Source: Bugula neritina (Eukaryota > Animalia > Bryozoa). Taken from it: a stretch of DNA of 64,000 nucleotides. Positions 14,236-28,427 of this stretch are shown here, piece by piece (position 1 is the stretch's first letter; each line of letters opens with the position of its first letter). Where the stretch lies: the NCBI GenBank assembly GCA_964035545.1, contig OZ037771.1, positions 4,413,628-4,477,627 on the forward strand, given 5' to 3'. A model generated the notes under the pieces. It searched no databases, was not told the DNA's origin, and was given only the letters and a program-made list of their open reading frames with translations. The translations under genes and the position numbers were made by a program.

Positions 14236-14364
14236 ACACACACACACACACACACGCACACACACGCGCACACACACAGTATGCTGTGTGTGCTGTGCTG
14301 TGCTGTGTGTCTGCTGTGTGTGTGCTGTGTGTGTGCTGTGTGCTGTGTGTGTGCTGTGTGTGTG

Positions 14365-14433
<69 letters not shown>

Positions 14434-14450
14434 GTGCTGTGCTGTGTGTG

Positions 14451-14495
<45 letters not shown>

Positions 14496-14660
14496 GTGTC
14501 TGCTGTGTGTGTGCTGTGTGCTGTGCTGTGTGTGCTGTGTGCTGTGCTGTGTGTGTGCTGTGTGTGCTGTGTGTGTGCTGTGTGCTGTGTGTGTGTGTTG
14601 TGAGTTGTGTGTGGTGTACTGTGTGTGGTGTGCGTGTGTGCTGTGTTGTGTGGTGTAGTA
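14236..14660. repeat. Compound (CA)n then (GT)n/(GTGCT)n microsatellite
   Basis: Directly visible; source of four low-complexity ORFs. Confidence 0.95.
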
Positions 14661-14826
14661 CTCTGCATCTCTCTCTGTAGTAATGTATTTCTATCTGTTA
14701 TTATATAATAATTAAAAGAATTATATACTCTAATTTGTCATATACGATATCGTCTTTACTTTTAGCTAGTAGAAGAAACTTATGTTTCTACTAAAGCATA
14801 TTTAAAAGGTGTGTGGACTCAAGCCA

Positions 14827-14997
14827 GAGAGCTCAAATGACTCTAGGAGTCACCTAGGAGTCACGAGCCTTGCATTATGCCACCAACTCGAGTTTGTGAC
14901 CGTGGTTGGAGAGCTCAAGTGACTCTAGGAGTCACCTAGGAGCCACGAGCCTTGCATTATGCCATCAACTTGAGTTTGTGACCGTGGTTAGAGAGCC
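14827..14997. repeat. Tandem duplication, 82-bp unit, 2 copies
   Basis: GAGAGCTCAA(A/G)TGACTCTAGGAGTCACCTAGGAG... starts at 14827 and 14909; a third partial start at 14991. Confidence 0.9.
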
Positions 14998-17139
14998 CAA
15001 CCACTAATGTCATGGCTGAGTATAAAGTAAAAGTCATATACCTCAATCTGTGTCAGCAGAGTTTGCCCTGTACAAACAAAGTATATATTTCTGTTAAAAC
15101 ACCATAGCATAGGATACACTGACACAATATTGATTAAAGCTTAATTATAGACAAAGCCTGCAATGCAAACCTGCTAGCCTAGCCTTGGTTCATTAAGGTG
15201 TGGTTAGAGTCACTCAAGCTAAAGGTATTAATAAATAATATGACAACACTGGCAACTGTAGCTATTTGCACAATATGTTTTTCCATTTACGTCACAGCTA
15301 ATATTGCCTTAAATATATATGTGTCTTCGGGGTGTTCAAGGTACTAATATATCAAGCTTATGTCGGACATTGCAACTTGAAGAACACACAATGGTGTAAT
15401 TTATTTTCAATGATTGTACCAAGTTTATAGAAAGTATGATATTAGCAATTTTACAGCTTGCTGCATAGGAAAATAAAAATAAAGAGTTTGGCTAATGCAA
15501 ATATTTTAAAGCAAAGCAAGTATATAATATATTAGGTTTGAGACTTGTTTATAAATAGGTCACTTTTACGTTCAGTAAGCTGAATTAATCTGTTGCTGCT
15601 ACCACTTTATATAGAACCCTTCAACTATTTTATTATTCTCTATAGTTCTAAGAGGTGTCAAAAGTATTTTTGACAGTCTTAACTTAAAGTTCAGTTATTG
15701 CTTCTTTTATACAAAATCTCTTTGCCATTTCTGCCAGTTTTAAAAATTAAATTAGAAAGCCAACAATGCTAATAATATGTTTAGCTAATATTAAATTATT
15801 ACTTAAAATTACATAACTTTTTAGCTTAGCTGTAACAACTAGTAGATAGAATAAATGCAAAACATACACATACAAGGCCAGAAACAACTATAAAAAAAAT
15901 GCAAACTAATTTATTTATTAGAGTTGTTGCCAATGTGTGGGGAAATGACACCTTTATATCCATTCCATGGTTACAACTGTTTACCAAATATGTTTACTCC
16001 AGTTTTTCTGATACTGTTTTTAACAACTGTAATATAAACTTTTTTTATTTATTAGACTCAACTCCCTTTCTACTCACAATAAATATAATATGTTTGTTGT
16101 ATTGATTGTGTTATTCACTTTGTCTGTTTAATCATTTCCATATATAGCAAGAGTCACTCTATTTGTCATAGATAATAAGAGTTTTACATAAATTAGTTTA
16201 AATACATTCTGTATGTAAAAGGAAATTACCATATATATGCATGCTTATATTGGGTACTGTGTTCACATATTATAGTGATGATGTGTGTAATTCTTAGTAA
16301 TATAATTTTGCTTTTGTCAGTACTGGATATAAATATTCTTCTACGACATTTTTTTCAGCATTTTCCAGGTTGTTACAAGTTATCTTTTGTTTCTAAAATT
16401 TTTGCTATTTCAAGCAGTAAGTGAAGTATCAAATTAACTCATTTAAAAAACAGTTCAATTTAATCAAAACAGGACAGAGTGGAAATAAGTGAGAATTAGC
16501 AGAAGTGTGAACAGGTTTAATTGGTCAATTCAATTGGTCACCAGCTAACTGTAGCAACCCTAGCTACTAAACTTCAAACTTTGAGACAATATTAAAGATG
16601 CATTGTTGCTACAATAAAATATTGCTAGTTTTCGTGTGGTTATGCGCACAGTAATTTTACCTGAACTACAAACACATTTTAGGTGCAATTCAGGTGAGCG
16701 TAATGTACAAAACCAAATTGTTTGCAAACTTGCACGTTACATGGTCTTTTGTGTAAAAAAACCCAGTGGATTTTTTTATTCTTAATACAAATTCAGCAAG
16801 ATTGTACTAACTATTACAAATTAGATGTAATAAACTGATTACATGTTTATACGAGGAGTATATTATATAACTTTGTAAAAAAGCCAATTTAATTTTATCT
16901 CAAAAGAATTGTATATGGGCATTTGTACATAAGGTTGATTTCTACTTGAAAACTTATTTTAGCAACAGCAAAACAAATATGTTTGGTAGTCATAGCAAAG
17001 TGTTTCATAAATTTGAGAGTTATTTGCACAGAAATATCTTGTTGCACGTGGAAATATTACTTATACTTGTTAATCAAACATTACAGACCTTCCTCTTAGT
17101 AACTGTAACTCATCACTACAACAACTAATAAACTCTGAA

Positions 17140-17173
17140 TATAATTAACTGAGCTTTGAAAAATACTTCAGTC
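17140..17173 (+). promoter_or_regulatory. Putative core promoter (TATA-like + Inr) of paralogue 1
   Basis: TATAAT at 17140 lies 30 nt before the A of TCAGTC (17170); same spacing in all three paralogues. Followed by a candidate 5'UTR intron 17246-17424 containing (TA)n. Confidence 0.6.
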
Positions 17174-17275
17174 TGGGAGAAGATTTGAGAAAAGCAAGTA
17201 CTGCTTTAGAGTTGTGCAGCTCAAAAATATAGAACAGCATCTCAGGTACAAAACATTAATAATACTTATTACATT

Positions 17276-17387
<112 letters not shown>

Positions 17388-17449
17388 ATATATTATATAT
17401 ATTCAGTTTTATTTATTATATTAGACAGAACACACAAAGAAACTGAATA

Positions 17450-19403
17450 ATGAAGCATCAAAAGAAGCTGCATTTGCTATCTACCTTTTTAGTGCTCAAC
17501 TGTAAGTCCATACTTTCTTCTACTTTGAAATTTTTTTTTACTGCCAATTTATAAAAATAAATCATAAATTCAAATTTTATATTTTTCTTATTTTTAAAAT
17601 CTCAGTAAAATTTTGTGCAATTACACTTTGCGTGTTTTTGCATCTAATTTTCAAAACCTATACTCACAATTTTATTGCTACTTTCTATATAAGAATTTTT
17701 ATGTATATATAGAAAATTGACTTGACATACTTAGTTCAACTTGACACATTTAACCTTGCCCGAGGTGTTTAACTTAACTAGACACCCTTGACTTAGCTTT
17801 AGGAAAATGCAAAATTTATACTGATTCCAAAATTTTCCCTAAATAGCTGAAATTTTGATAAGAGATGGTATAATTTTTTAGCACAATTTTTGGTGTTTCC
17901 TATCATAGGACAGCATTAAGACTCATGGATAATTTACCTCAAACAAAGATATTGTATGTGCAGGATGCCATTAGTATAATAAATATAAGTGCCATTGTTG
18001 TATAGATTTTTCACATTTTATTCTCTTTACATAAGTTCTACATATACCTGCTAAATACCTGTAGAAGATCTGTTGCACACGATAATGCAATTATTATGAA
18101 CATGTTGTTCACTGTTTAACGCCTGTCATTAAATATATTATTTTAAAATATTATATCAAAAAGATTAAATAAATTCTAATAATTAAAAATAATAACTTGA
18201 CAAACGAAAACTTCTGACTCTTACTTTAAAAAGCACATTTTGCATTTCTCACTATTTTGGGAATATGCTTATATTGGTTAAAGATAAATTATTTGTTTTC
18301 ATATAACTTTGTTTAATGATATTTTTAGAGCATATGATTTGTTTTTATAGTTACTGTATAATATAGATTGATATATATTTTAGTGCTCATAGGAGACGTA
18401 ACGTCAGTGCTATGTACTGGTAAACCAGAGCTGCGGTTTGGCAGAGATGTTGGCTGCCTTTCCATAGCGTATAATCAAAATCTCTTGAAAACACCTTCTT
18501 GTCTGTCAGCTGAACGAGACAGCACATCACAAACATGCTCAACTGAAGGCTCCTGTACTGTGAGTAAACATCCTGTCATAATATCAATGGACATAGAAAA
18601 TATTAGATTATGATATTGTTACTGTGAAAGATTTATGTCAATTAACATAATAATGTGCCTAGTAAAATATTTCAAATCCTCCAAAAATAATGTTTAGAAC
18701 CTTTGAACAACTGGGATGGTCTTATTATTACAGGTACAACAGTGCTTTAATACAATTACGGAAATCAAATACTGTTTGATTTAGTTTTATTTTTGCAGAC
18801 TCATTTGGTTAACTGAAAATGTATAAGGGTCGTTTTACTTAATTTAGTACACACTGGAAATCTCCAGTTTTTAGCTATTTTTTACAATTTAGCTGCTAAT
18901 GAACACGAGTTTTGTCCCAAAACTAGTAAAATGTGAATGAACACACCTAAATAATCAAGATACGTCTTAATTTTGCATGATTTCCCACGTTTTTTCTAAT
19001 TATTCAGCCACTTTTGATTTCGGAGAGTTATGGTTTTTTCATAGCACTCTGCAATCAAAAGTAGCTGAATAATTAGAAAAAAACATGGGAAAGTAAGCAA
19101 AATTAAGAAGAACTTTGATTATTTAGGTGTATTCATTTGTATTTTACTAGTTTTGGGCAAAAGCCCTTGTTCATTAGCAGCTAATTTGTGAAAAATAGCT
19201 AAAAACTGGAGATTTCCAGTGTGTACAAAATAAGTAAAATGACTCATAATGATTATAATTTACAGGAAATCAACGTACGGCTCGTTGAAGGGCAATTTCA
19301 GGAAACTGAGAACATGGTGTGGGCTTTTACTGGCTGCTTTGAACAAACTATGGAAGTAGAAGTCTGTAGAGAGAGACCTGTGTGTAAGTATTTTAATATA
19401 TAT

Positions 19404-19491
<88 letters not shown>

Positions 19492-22400
19492 CATAATATT
19501 CATTATATATAAAGAATGATGAGGCTAGTTGAAGCAAAATTGCGTTTTGAAAAAATTTAGTTCTATTCTAAAGACCAACACCATGAAACTCAATCATATG
19601 TTGCTGTCTTTGTCCATTCTAAGCTTTTCTAATCTGGTCTCCTGTTTGGTCCTCCTGTGTGTAATTTTACACAATTCTGAAAACATTTGCAGAATTTTTA
19701 AATTCCACTTTATGACTCACATTTTTATTTGTTCTAATATATGTGGTTTGATTTATAATTATATTGACATCAAAAAAGTTTAATTAGTAGAAAAACTCAT
19801 GCATAAAAATTTGTGTGCCAATTTATAAAGAACGAAGTGAAAATAATTAGTGAGCGAAATGTACCTGGTTCAATTCGCCTCACTGGCTACAAACTATTGT
19901 CAATATCTGCTGTGAATGGGATATCTCTGCAACTTAAGGTCATTGCCCAACTAGCCCCACTCTTTCTTACATATATTATTTAATGGCAAGAAATTATAAT
20001 AAAAAATCACTTACACCAATGTTTTAAATAGCTGGATATGACGATGGATAAGATGTAATCAGTTAATTAATTACAGTGGTTGTTAAATAAGAATGCCTCA
20101 CTTGAAAGTTAAAATTATAAATTATATGTGAAAAAAATTAGGAATAGGAAAACTAATTTAAACTATTAATTTAATTTAAATTCCAACTGCCTGTATGGTG
20201 CATATAATTGCAGAAATACATTACATGTCATTGCTTTACTAATAAAATAATGTATTGAATTTTTCTTCAATAGATACCACAACAACTACTACAACAACAA
20301 CTACTACAACAACGCCAACCACTACAACAACGCCAACTACAACAACAACACCAACTACTACAACAACACCAACCACTACAACAACACCAACCACTACAAC
20401 AACACCAACCACTACAACAACACCAACCACTACAACAACACCAACCACTACAACAACACCAACCACTACAACAACACCAACCACTACAACAACACCAACT
20501 ACTACAACAACACCAACCACTACAACAACACCAACCACTACAACTACACCAACTACCACAACAACACCAACTACCACAACAACACCAACTACCACAACAA
20601 CACCAACTACTACAACAACACCAACTACCACAACAACCCCAACCACTACAACAACTCCAACTACTACAACAACACCAACTACTACAACAACACCAACTAC
20701 CACAACAACCCCAACCACTACAACAACTCCAACTACTACAACAACACCAACCACTACAACAACACCAACCACTACAACAACGCCAACTACTACAACAACG
20801 CCAACCACTACAACAACGCCAACTACAACAACAACGCCAACTACTACAACAACACCAACCACTACAACAACACCAACCACTACAACAACACCAACTACTA
20901 CAACAACACCAACCACTACAACAACGCCAACCACTACAACAACACCAACCACTACAACAACACCAACCACTACAACAACACCAACCACTACAACAACACC
21001 AACCACTACAACAACTCCAACCACTACAACAACACCAACCACTACAACAACACCAACCACTACAACAACACCAACCACTACAACAACGCCAACTACTACA
21101 ACAACGCCAACCACTACAACAACCCCAACTACAACAACAACGCCAACTACTACAACAACACCAACCACTACAACAACACCAACCACTACAACAACACCAA
21201 CAACTACAACAACACCAACCACTACAACAACACCAACCACTACAACAACACCAACCACTACAACAACACCAACCACTACAACAACACCAACCACTACAAC
21301 AACACCAACCACTACAACAACCCCAACTACTACAACAACGCCAACTACAACAACAACACCAACCACTACAACAACGCCAACTACAACAACAACGCCAACT
21401 ACCACAACAACGCCAACTACAACAACAACAACAACGCCTACTACCACCACAGGTAAGAATACAATGATTAATCAATTTTATACACGATATATGATTAAAA
21501 AATATGTTATGTGAGAAAAGCGCACATCAAATCAAAAGTAGTTTAAGTAGAAAAGATAATAACAAAAAGTTTTTGGTAACTTTTAGAGCCACTGCCAGAG
21601 TTTGACGGATGTTTCACCGGAAATGTAACCTTTTCGAGCTCAAACTGTTCAACTCAGTCTGTCATTACTACATTGACTAATGGCACCTTAATTATCGCTG
21701 TGGAATTCCAAGTAGTTGGTTGCTGCTCAGAAGACAACTGCCAACCCGAAGAAGGCAAAGCTGGTAAATATTTCAACTGTTATACTCCTGGCTGCTGTTG
21801 ATGTTCTCTGAAACAGTCATTCGAAATAAAGCTTTAAATGTTTCTTATTGTTTCATCAGACAGTATAGCTCCTACAATATTGTTTGAACAAATATCTACC
21901 TATACCTATAAATAGAAGAATTAAAGGCCATGCATCCAGTTGCAGTAGCAGAGTAGCACAGCGGGTATATAGTATGATATTTAGCTTACTTTCTAGCTAC
22001 ACTTAATATATGCTTTGATTTGGTTTTTAGGCGAAAGAGCATGTAATTATGGCACAGGCGACGATGTATCGCAAACCTATTGCCCTGATGCGTGTTATAC
22101 CCATGTGTCTATTGACGAAAACTCTGTTGAAGTGTATGTTAATATTACATCACGCCTTCTTTTTTGTTCTTTAAACATTTCTTTTATAAAGCCTAATTTA
22201 TTTTACTATACCAAACATTATTTTTCCTTTTGCTGCCAGATCTCTGTAGCGGTTATCATCAAACATTGGTAAAAAGTTTTATACTATAGTAGTTGCTTTG
22301 AAAACAGCAATAGCTTACCCATTGCAGTACTTTAAACTTTAATTTCAGAGCTAAACATGGCTGTCTAATCGATGTCGCTTCACCCGGGACAGCATTTACT

Positions 22401-22828
22401 GACGTCACAGAATGTACTGCTGAATACAAAACTGGAAGCTGTGTGGATGCGAACAATGAGGAGGTATGATATACTGTATAATATATATTTACAATAACTG
22501 AGTCAGTTTTATAATAGTTTTGCATATACATCCAGAGTTTTGGCTATTTTTTGTGACTATCTTGTATTTATTAACCTTTGCTGTTTAACATTTCTAAATT
22601 TTTTCTCTATTTTATTTAGAAGTTTCAAAATGTCATTAATAAATAACTTTTTGCATACTACTATTTTCGCAGGAATGCTTTACATGCTGTACCACTGATA
22701 ACTGCAACACGAAAGACACCAAAGCAGAAATTCTTGGCACTGAAGATACTGATAAAGACAGCAGCTCTGTAGCAGTTATTCCGTCTCTTCTCCTATTGTT
22801 GGTCTCTTACCTAATTGGTCAGCAATAA
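17450..22828 (+). CDS. GPI-anchored Ly6/uPAR-like mucin protein, paralogue 1, about 691 aa
   Basis: Exons 17450-17501, 18384-18559, 19266-19383, 20274-21452, 21587-21763, 22031-22133, 22349-22463, 22673-22828; GT-AG, in phase, 2076 nt. Signal peptide [25 protein letters not shown], Cys-rich domains ending CCSEDNC and CCTTDNCN, (PTTTTT)n exon of 393 codons, C-terminal SSS plus hydrophobic tail [19 protein letters not shown]. Confidence 0.9.
18827..19245. mobile_element. Foldback-type MITE in intron 2 of paralogue 1
   Basis: Almost wholly palindromic (about 200-bp imperfect arms), ends GGGTCGTTTTACTTA / TAAGTAAAATGACTC, ATAA on both sides; absent at the paralogous sites near 32115 and 51456. 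Confidence 0.85.
19396..19482. repeat. (TA)n microsatellite
   Basis: Directly visible; expanded only in paralogue 1 intron 3. Confidence 0.95.
20276..21451 (+). repeat. Coding 18-bp minisatellite (PTTTTT)n, paralogue 1
   Basis: CCAACCACTACAACAACA consensus with variation confined to synonymous positions. Confidence 0.97.
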
Positions 22829-23444
22829 TAAAATGATGATGACTGTTTAAAAAATTTTTTTGAAGTACATAATATAACAAATTAGTTACACCATATATTA
22901 GCAAACCGATTGAAGTATTATTATTCACTTTATAATACTTATAGCTTTGTTTGCAAAACTATCAAGTGTATAATTTTATAAAGTGCTATAATAATACTTT
23001 AAGATTTGTCTGGATTTGTTTAATGTATTTTTTTATTGTATTTTATATTTCTTTATTTTTATATTTTATCAATTTTTGACTGTCGGTGGTTGTCTTCCCT
23101 ACTGAAAACACTGACAGCTTTTCTAGCAAAGTTATCTCTCCTGTTTTATTCACAAATTTAGAATGCGAATGTGGCTTTACTCCAAAACATTTGCTTTTCT
23201 ATCGCCGACTCCTATTGGACTGTTGCAGCCGATGAAGAGCTGAATGCTTTGATATGATGTTTAGAAGCTGAAAGAGAAATTTTATGACTGAATAATTATT
23301 AAGAGAATTTCTATGACTTTAGCTCTGACTGAATGTATTGAGCTCATTTGCTTTCAATAAAATATATATGAAAATTATTTCCTTCTTTTTAATGAAAGTG
23401 CCTGAAAATTTTGTTAACCCACGTACACGTACACGCACACGCAT

Positions 23445-23496
<52 letters not shown>

Positions 23497-23868
23497 GCAC
23501 GCACGCACACACACACACACACATCAATATGACAATTATTATTTGCAAATTATATAACTTACCAAAAACATTTTTACCTATTGTGCTAATATTATATAAT
23601 GTTATACCCGGTCCAAACGATTAACCATTTGTAACAAACCTAAGTTATAATTTCAAACAGTTAGCCATTATGAATGGCTAAACACTCTGGTTTACATTTT
23701 CACATCTTTCAAATTCCTAAGTTTATATGATAAACCATAGTACCCTGCTCTATGCCAAAAAGGAGACTAAGTTACAAACCTGCATCACATTTTTCAATTG
23801 TAGTTTTGAATATTCTTTAATCTGCAATATTAAAAAGTTGCTCTCTCAATATATATAAAAGTAGTATA

Positions 23869-24086
23869 AAACTCATGCAAGTTTATAGTCACTATCCCTG
23901 TGAGAAACCCCTGATAGAAAAGGTTTTTGTTAAAGCGGGCTAAGGACTTATTTAAATGAGGCACAGGAGCAATTATGACTGGATGCTCTTCCTAACATCA
24001 CCAATGGCCTTTGTCTGGGTTTGAACCCATGACCTTCGTGTTTACTAGGCAAACTCTCTAGCCCCTAGACCACGGCTGCTCCCTAT
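23869..24086 (-). mobile_element. tRNA-derived SINE with 15-bp target-site duplication
   Basis: Minus strand has A box (TGGTCTAGGGG) and B box (GGTTCAAACCC); second copy at 58131-58342; TSD TATAAAAGTAGTATA at 23854-23868 and 24128-24142; empty paralogous site at about 42097-42112. Confidence 0.88.
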
Positions 24087-25006
24087 AAGACTGTATTTGA
24101 CTTGTTATAGATTTAAATAAGTTGAACTATAAAAGTAGTATAGTTCAACTTATTTAAATCTATAACAAGTCAAATACAGTCTTTTTAAAATTGCAATGTT
24201 GTCAACTATATAATCAGCATTATTTTGCTCAAAAAATAATGTTACTTAGAATTTTGTCCATCTAGTTATTGAGACTTTAGAATAAAACTGAATAAATGAA
24301 GTTTGTTAGAATTATTTTGAAAGACTGGAATATTCAGAGAAGTTGAGTGAATGTACCACAGTATTGAATTTTACCACTATATACAGTATATAGCATAAAG
24401 GGAATGTAATAAAATTCTAAAAAAAACTCGTTAAGATGTGAAAGCATGACAGTTTTAAGTTAACACAACCTGTTTGACAATAGTAAAAATGGACGTTTTG
24501 TTCTGTTCAAAATGTCTTTTTTTCTTTAATACGGGCATAAAGTTGCATTATCACGTTTGCTCATTATAATATATTATCTTTGTTGTTCTTTTTGTTGAGC
24601 AATTAGACAGAGTTTACTAAAAAGATAGCTGCCCACAAAGTCTTTTTGCATGAAATTCTGTTTAGTGAGACGCAACTTTGTTAGACAAAATGACTTGTCT
24701 CTTCTTTTAACTTGGCCATTTGAAAATTTTTTTTAATTAGATTGCTAATATATTTTTATAATATATAAAAAAACTTAAAAAGATGAAAACAGTAACAAGA
24801 TTATGGGATGAGTGTTTTTAATCAACTGAAATAAATTTACAACAAAATATGAATTTAAATATCACAATGTTCCTATACAGGCTATCTATCTAAAATTCTA
24901 AATGTATAAGTTTAATACATAAAAATAGAGCTTGCTTGATAATGATCGGTTGATAGATCCCCCCCCCCCCCCCTTTATCTTTAGGGGGAGGAGTATTTAG
25001 TAGACT

Positions 25007-25327
25007 CAGGGCTGTTCAACAGGCGGCCCCAGGGAGAGCTGGATGTGGCCCCCAGTCTATATTTATGTGGCCCTCAAAGGCATAACAAATAAAATTATTT
25101 TGCATGCATATTAGAAAAAGCAACTTTTTAATGCCTTAATTATTTACATACATGCTACAAAAATTATTGGGGCTTCATTGTGTAATGATTAGCAGAAATT
25201 TTAAATAAAGTAAATTGAAAAATACTGATGTTGTGGCCACCAGCTTGAGCTAAATTTTACAATGTGGCCCTTGCTACAGAAATATTTCATTTCGGCAGCC
25301 CTAGCTCTGAAAAGATTAGACACCCTG
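25007..25327. mobile_element. hAT-like MITE
   Basis: Ends CAGGGCTGTTCAAC...ATTAGACACCCTG; copies at 42270-42588 and inverted at 46195-46516; related end fragment near 10229-10320. Confidence 0.75.
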
Positions 25328-28084
25328 GCTCTAAATGAAAGGCTCACTATTGTTCAAATTAACAATTACCTATTGCAAATTTCATAATGATAGATTGCTA
25401 GATTGATAGGCTAATTTAAACAGGTCAACCTTAAATTAAGTGTACATTTTTTTCATGCTACACCTATTATATACAATGCTTTATAAACCTATTTGTTCAT
25501 GTAACCAATTGATAACAGTCTACGTGTACTAAGTGTACTAAACACTACAGAATTTGCATTATTAAAGTGAGCTCATGCCATAAAATGCAGCTCATTCCTC
25601 CACTGTTTTATTATTCCCCCCCCCCCATGTCTTTTTTATGCTTTGAATTCTCATTTCTGTTCTTTAACATAATATTTTCAATTGTTTTGAGATCTAAAAT
25701 ATGATAAAGACATTAGCGTGTTTTCACATTCTTGTTAATGTTTTCCTATTCATACTGCTTTGTATTATTTTATTGTAGTTATGTTTGTGTGTGAAATTAT
25801 ATGCCAGGGGCTAGAGCACTCAGTTTTGTCAGCTATAGCTAGAATGCAGTGCTAAATAGAGCTCTTAGAACTTTCTTTCTGCTATATTCTTTGGAAGACC
25901 CAAAAGCTTCGAGTCAGTTGAGACTAGCTGATGCACCTAGTGAATGTAATGTCAGTCCTTTTCTCTACCTGCTAAGAAGCCATGCTTAAGAATTGTATAC
26001 TTTTCTTTGCTATCAAGCCATAAAAAGCATTGATTTCTAACTGCGCTCAAATAAAAACAAATAAATTGACCCTACGGAGTGCAATAGGTGTATATTTATT
26101 CAATAATTTCTTCTGTGAAGTTGAATAAATTATGACAGATAAAATTGATGCAGTCATAATAATATATTGAGGATGAGTGAAGCTAGAGAAGACAACTACC
26201 AAGTTTTAAAACACAAGCTGTACACAGCATAACTGACTTTCAGCGTTTATATTGAAGACTAAATACATATTTAGCAGGGTTGAGGTCAGTTACATATGAA
26301 TGTAACTAATTACAATTACAATTACATGATAATTTGTCAATTACAATTATAAATGCAGTTAAAAAGTAATGTAATTAATTGCAATTAGAACTATATGGTA
26401 ATGTAATTAATTGCAATTAGAATTACTTTTGTTCTCACAAGGGATAGATAGAGGTTATATACAATCTCACATTTGTGGTTCAACAACCATAGAAAATGTT
26501 AACAGCAGTAGCTTCTTTGTCCTCAACAGTGATGCTACACTACATTGAATTAATCTAAACTTGTTATTTAGCAGTTATAGGCATGGTAGAAAAAGTATTA
26601 AATTTCTAGGATAACAAATATTTATCTAATTAAATTAGAACAAGCCAGTTCTTCAATCAGTCTCATGGCAAACTAAATCCAATACAAAGTAAGTTTTCAA
26701 CCATGGAGTAAAAAACTATAGAATTAGGAAAACACAAGCTTGTAGCTAGCATTTGTCAATGAGGGCGTAACTCTTCATACCATTCAAATAAACTCCTCTC
26801 GGCAGATAATTTTTTTAATTCCAAATAAGCAGAGTTAATACATATCTCACTTGAAAGTAACACTGTAAACTTGCTATAAATAATATAATAAACAAGCATC
26901 CTCTGAGTAATTTTTTAGCTAGATAAATAAATTGTAGGTTTTGTAGTTTTGAAGTTATCTTTCCAGCAAACTCTTATTTGCTAAATGGTCTATTGATTTA
27001 TGTTCTATGTAAAGTGGCATCCATCTGTTCACCTTTATGACGTAAAACAATAAGCAGACTGTTTAATTGTAAGAGAATTGTCAAAGCGATGCATTGTAGG
27101 GTTGTTTTGAGTCTAATATAAAAAGTTATGCTGAGAAAAGTTGTTATAGTACATCTCAATCTCTTTTCTCTAACTTTTCCAAAGTTTTTCTCGAGTTGCT
27201 CAAATTTGTTTTACCTCCACTCAATATACAGTACTTGAATGGACACCAATCACAAATTTGAGAACGTCTGATGGCAAGGTTGGCCAATAAAGTTTTCTCT
27301 ATCGTGGCAAAAAAACAATTATGACTGAATGCCCTTCCTAACATCACCAATAGTCTGTCTATGGATTCAAATCACTTACCTTGAGTTTACTAACCACTAG
27401 ATCAATACTTTTATGTAAAGATTGATTTTTTGTGTGTTTAGAATTAGTACAGCACATTGAAGCAAAGCATATTTATTAGTCAACTTATGTTAGGGCTTCT
27501 AGCAGCTTCCTAGGCTGTATAAAACTGATCATGTACAACAATATATCTCTAGAGAGACAGCATTTTAACATTCTAACAAATCTTTTGAAAAGAGAAAAAA
27601 AACAATTTACGCTACTGAACCGTTTAGTGACTGAGCTCATGACATGAAGAAGATGTAGGAAGGACATGTCACATAATATATGTGAAGAGTGAAAACAGGT
27701 CCTTTCGATTAAATTGAAATTGAAATCAGTGGATGTAGGTGCGGTATAAACGGGAAATTGAGAAAAGCCTGTGTTCTAAAAGGGAAATGTAGCAAACAAA
27801 ATGATGTTATCGCAAGAATGTTGACCATCTCCCATCACCCCAAACCAAATTTTATAAAGAAATTTAAAAATCATAGGCTATCTCAATTTCTCCACTACTG
27901 CTCCTAAATGAAACAGTTGTGACAGCAAGTTGCGTAGTTTCAAGATGGTAGCAATAATAGTAGCTGTAGCTGGCCACATTTCCTAAACTAGAAACATAAT
28001 AGAAGTAATAATATTTATCTTGAAATCTCAGCGAATATAATGTTAATGGCAATAAACACTATAAACATCTGATTAAGCCGTTGT

Positions 28085-28427
<343 letters not shown>

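Larger units (their letters stand above)
23530..25950. repeat. Old interspersed repeat family, long copy (inverse of about 45590-47770)
   Basis: Reverse-complement similarity along its length, e.g. GAATATTCTTTAATCTGCAATATTAAAAAGTTGCTCTCTCAAT versus 47421-47462. Confidence 0.8.

Noticed and set aside
14183-14680. Cys/Val- and His/Thr-rich ORFs, also 903-1322 and 23319-23532
   Set aside because: Translations of simple repeats.
20239-21475. Long antisense ORFs (poly-VVVVG, 403 aa; Cys/Trp-rich CCCSGW, 402 aa), with similar ones at 32734-34548 and 52080-53660
   Set aside because: By-products of ACN/CCA codon repeats; splice sites and synonymous-only variation identify the + strand Thr/Pro frame as the coding one.
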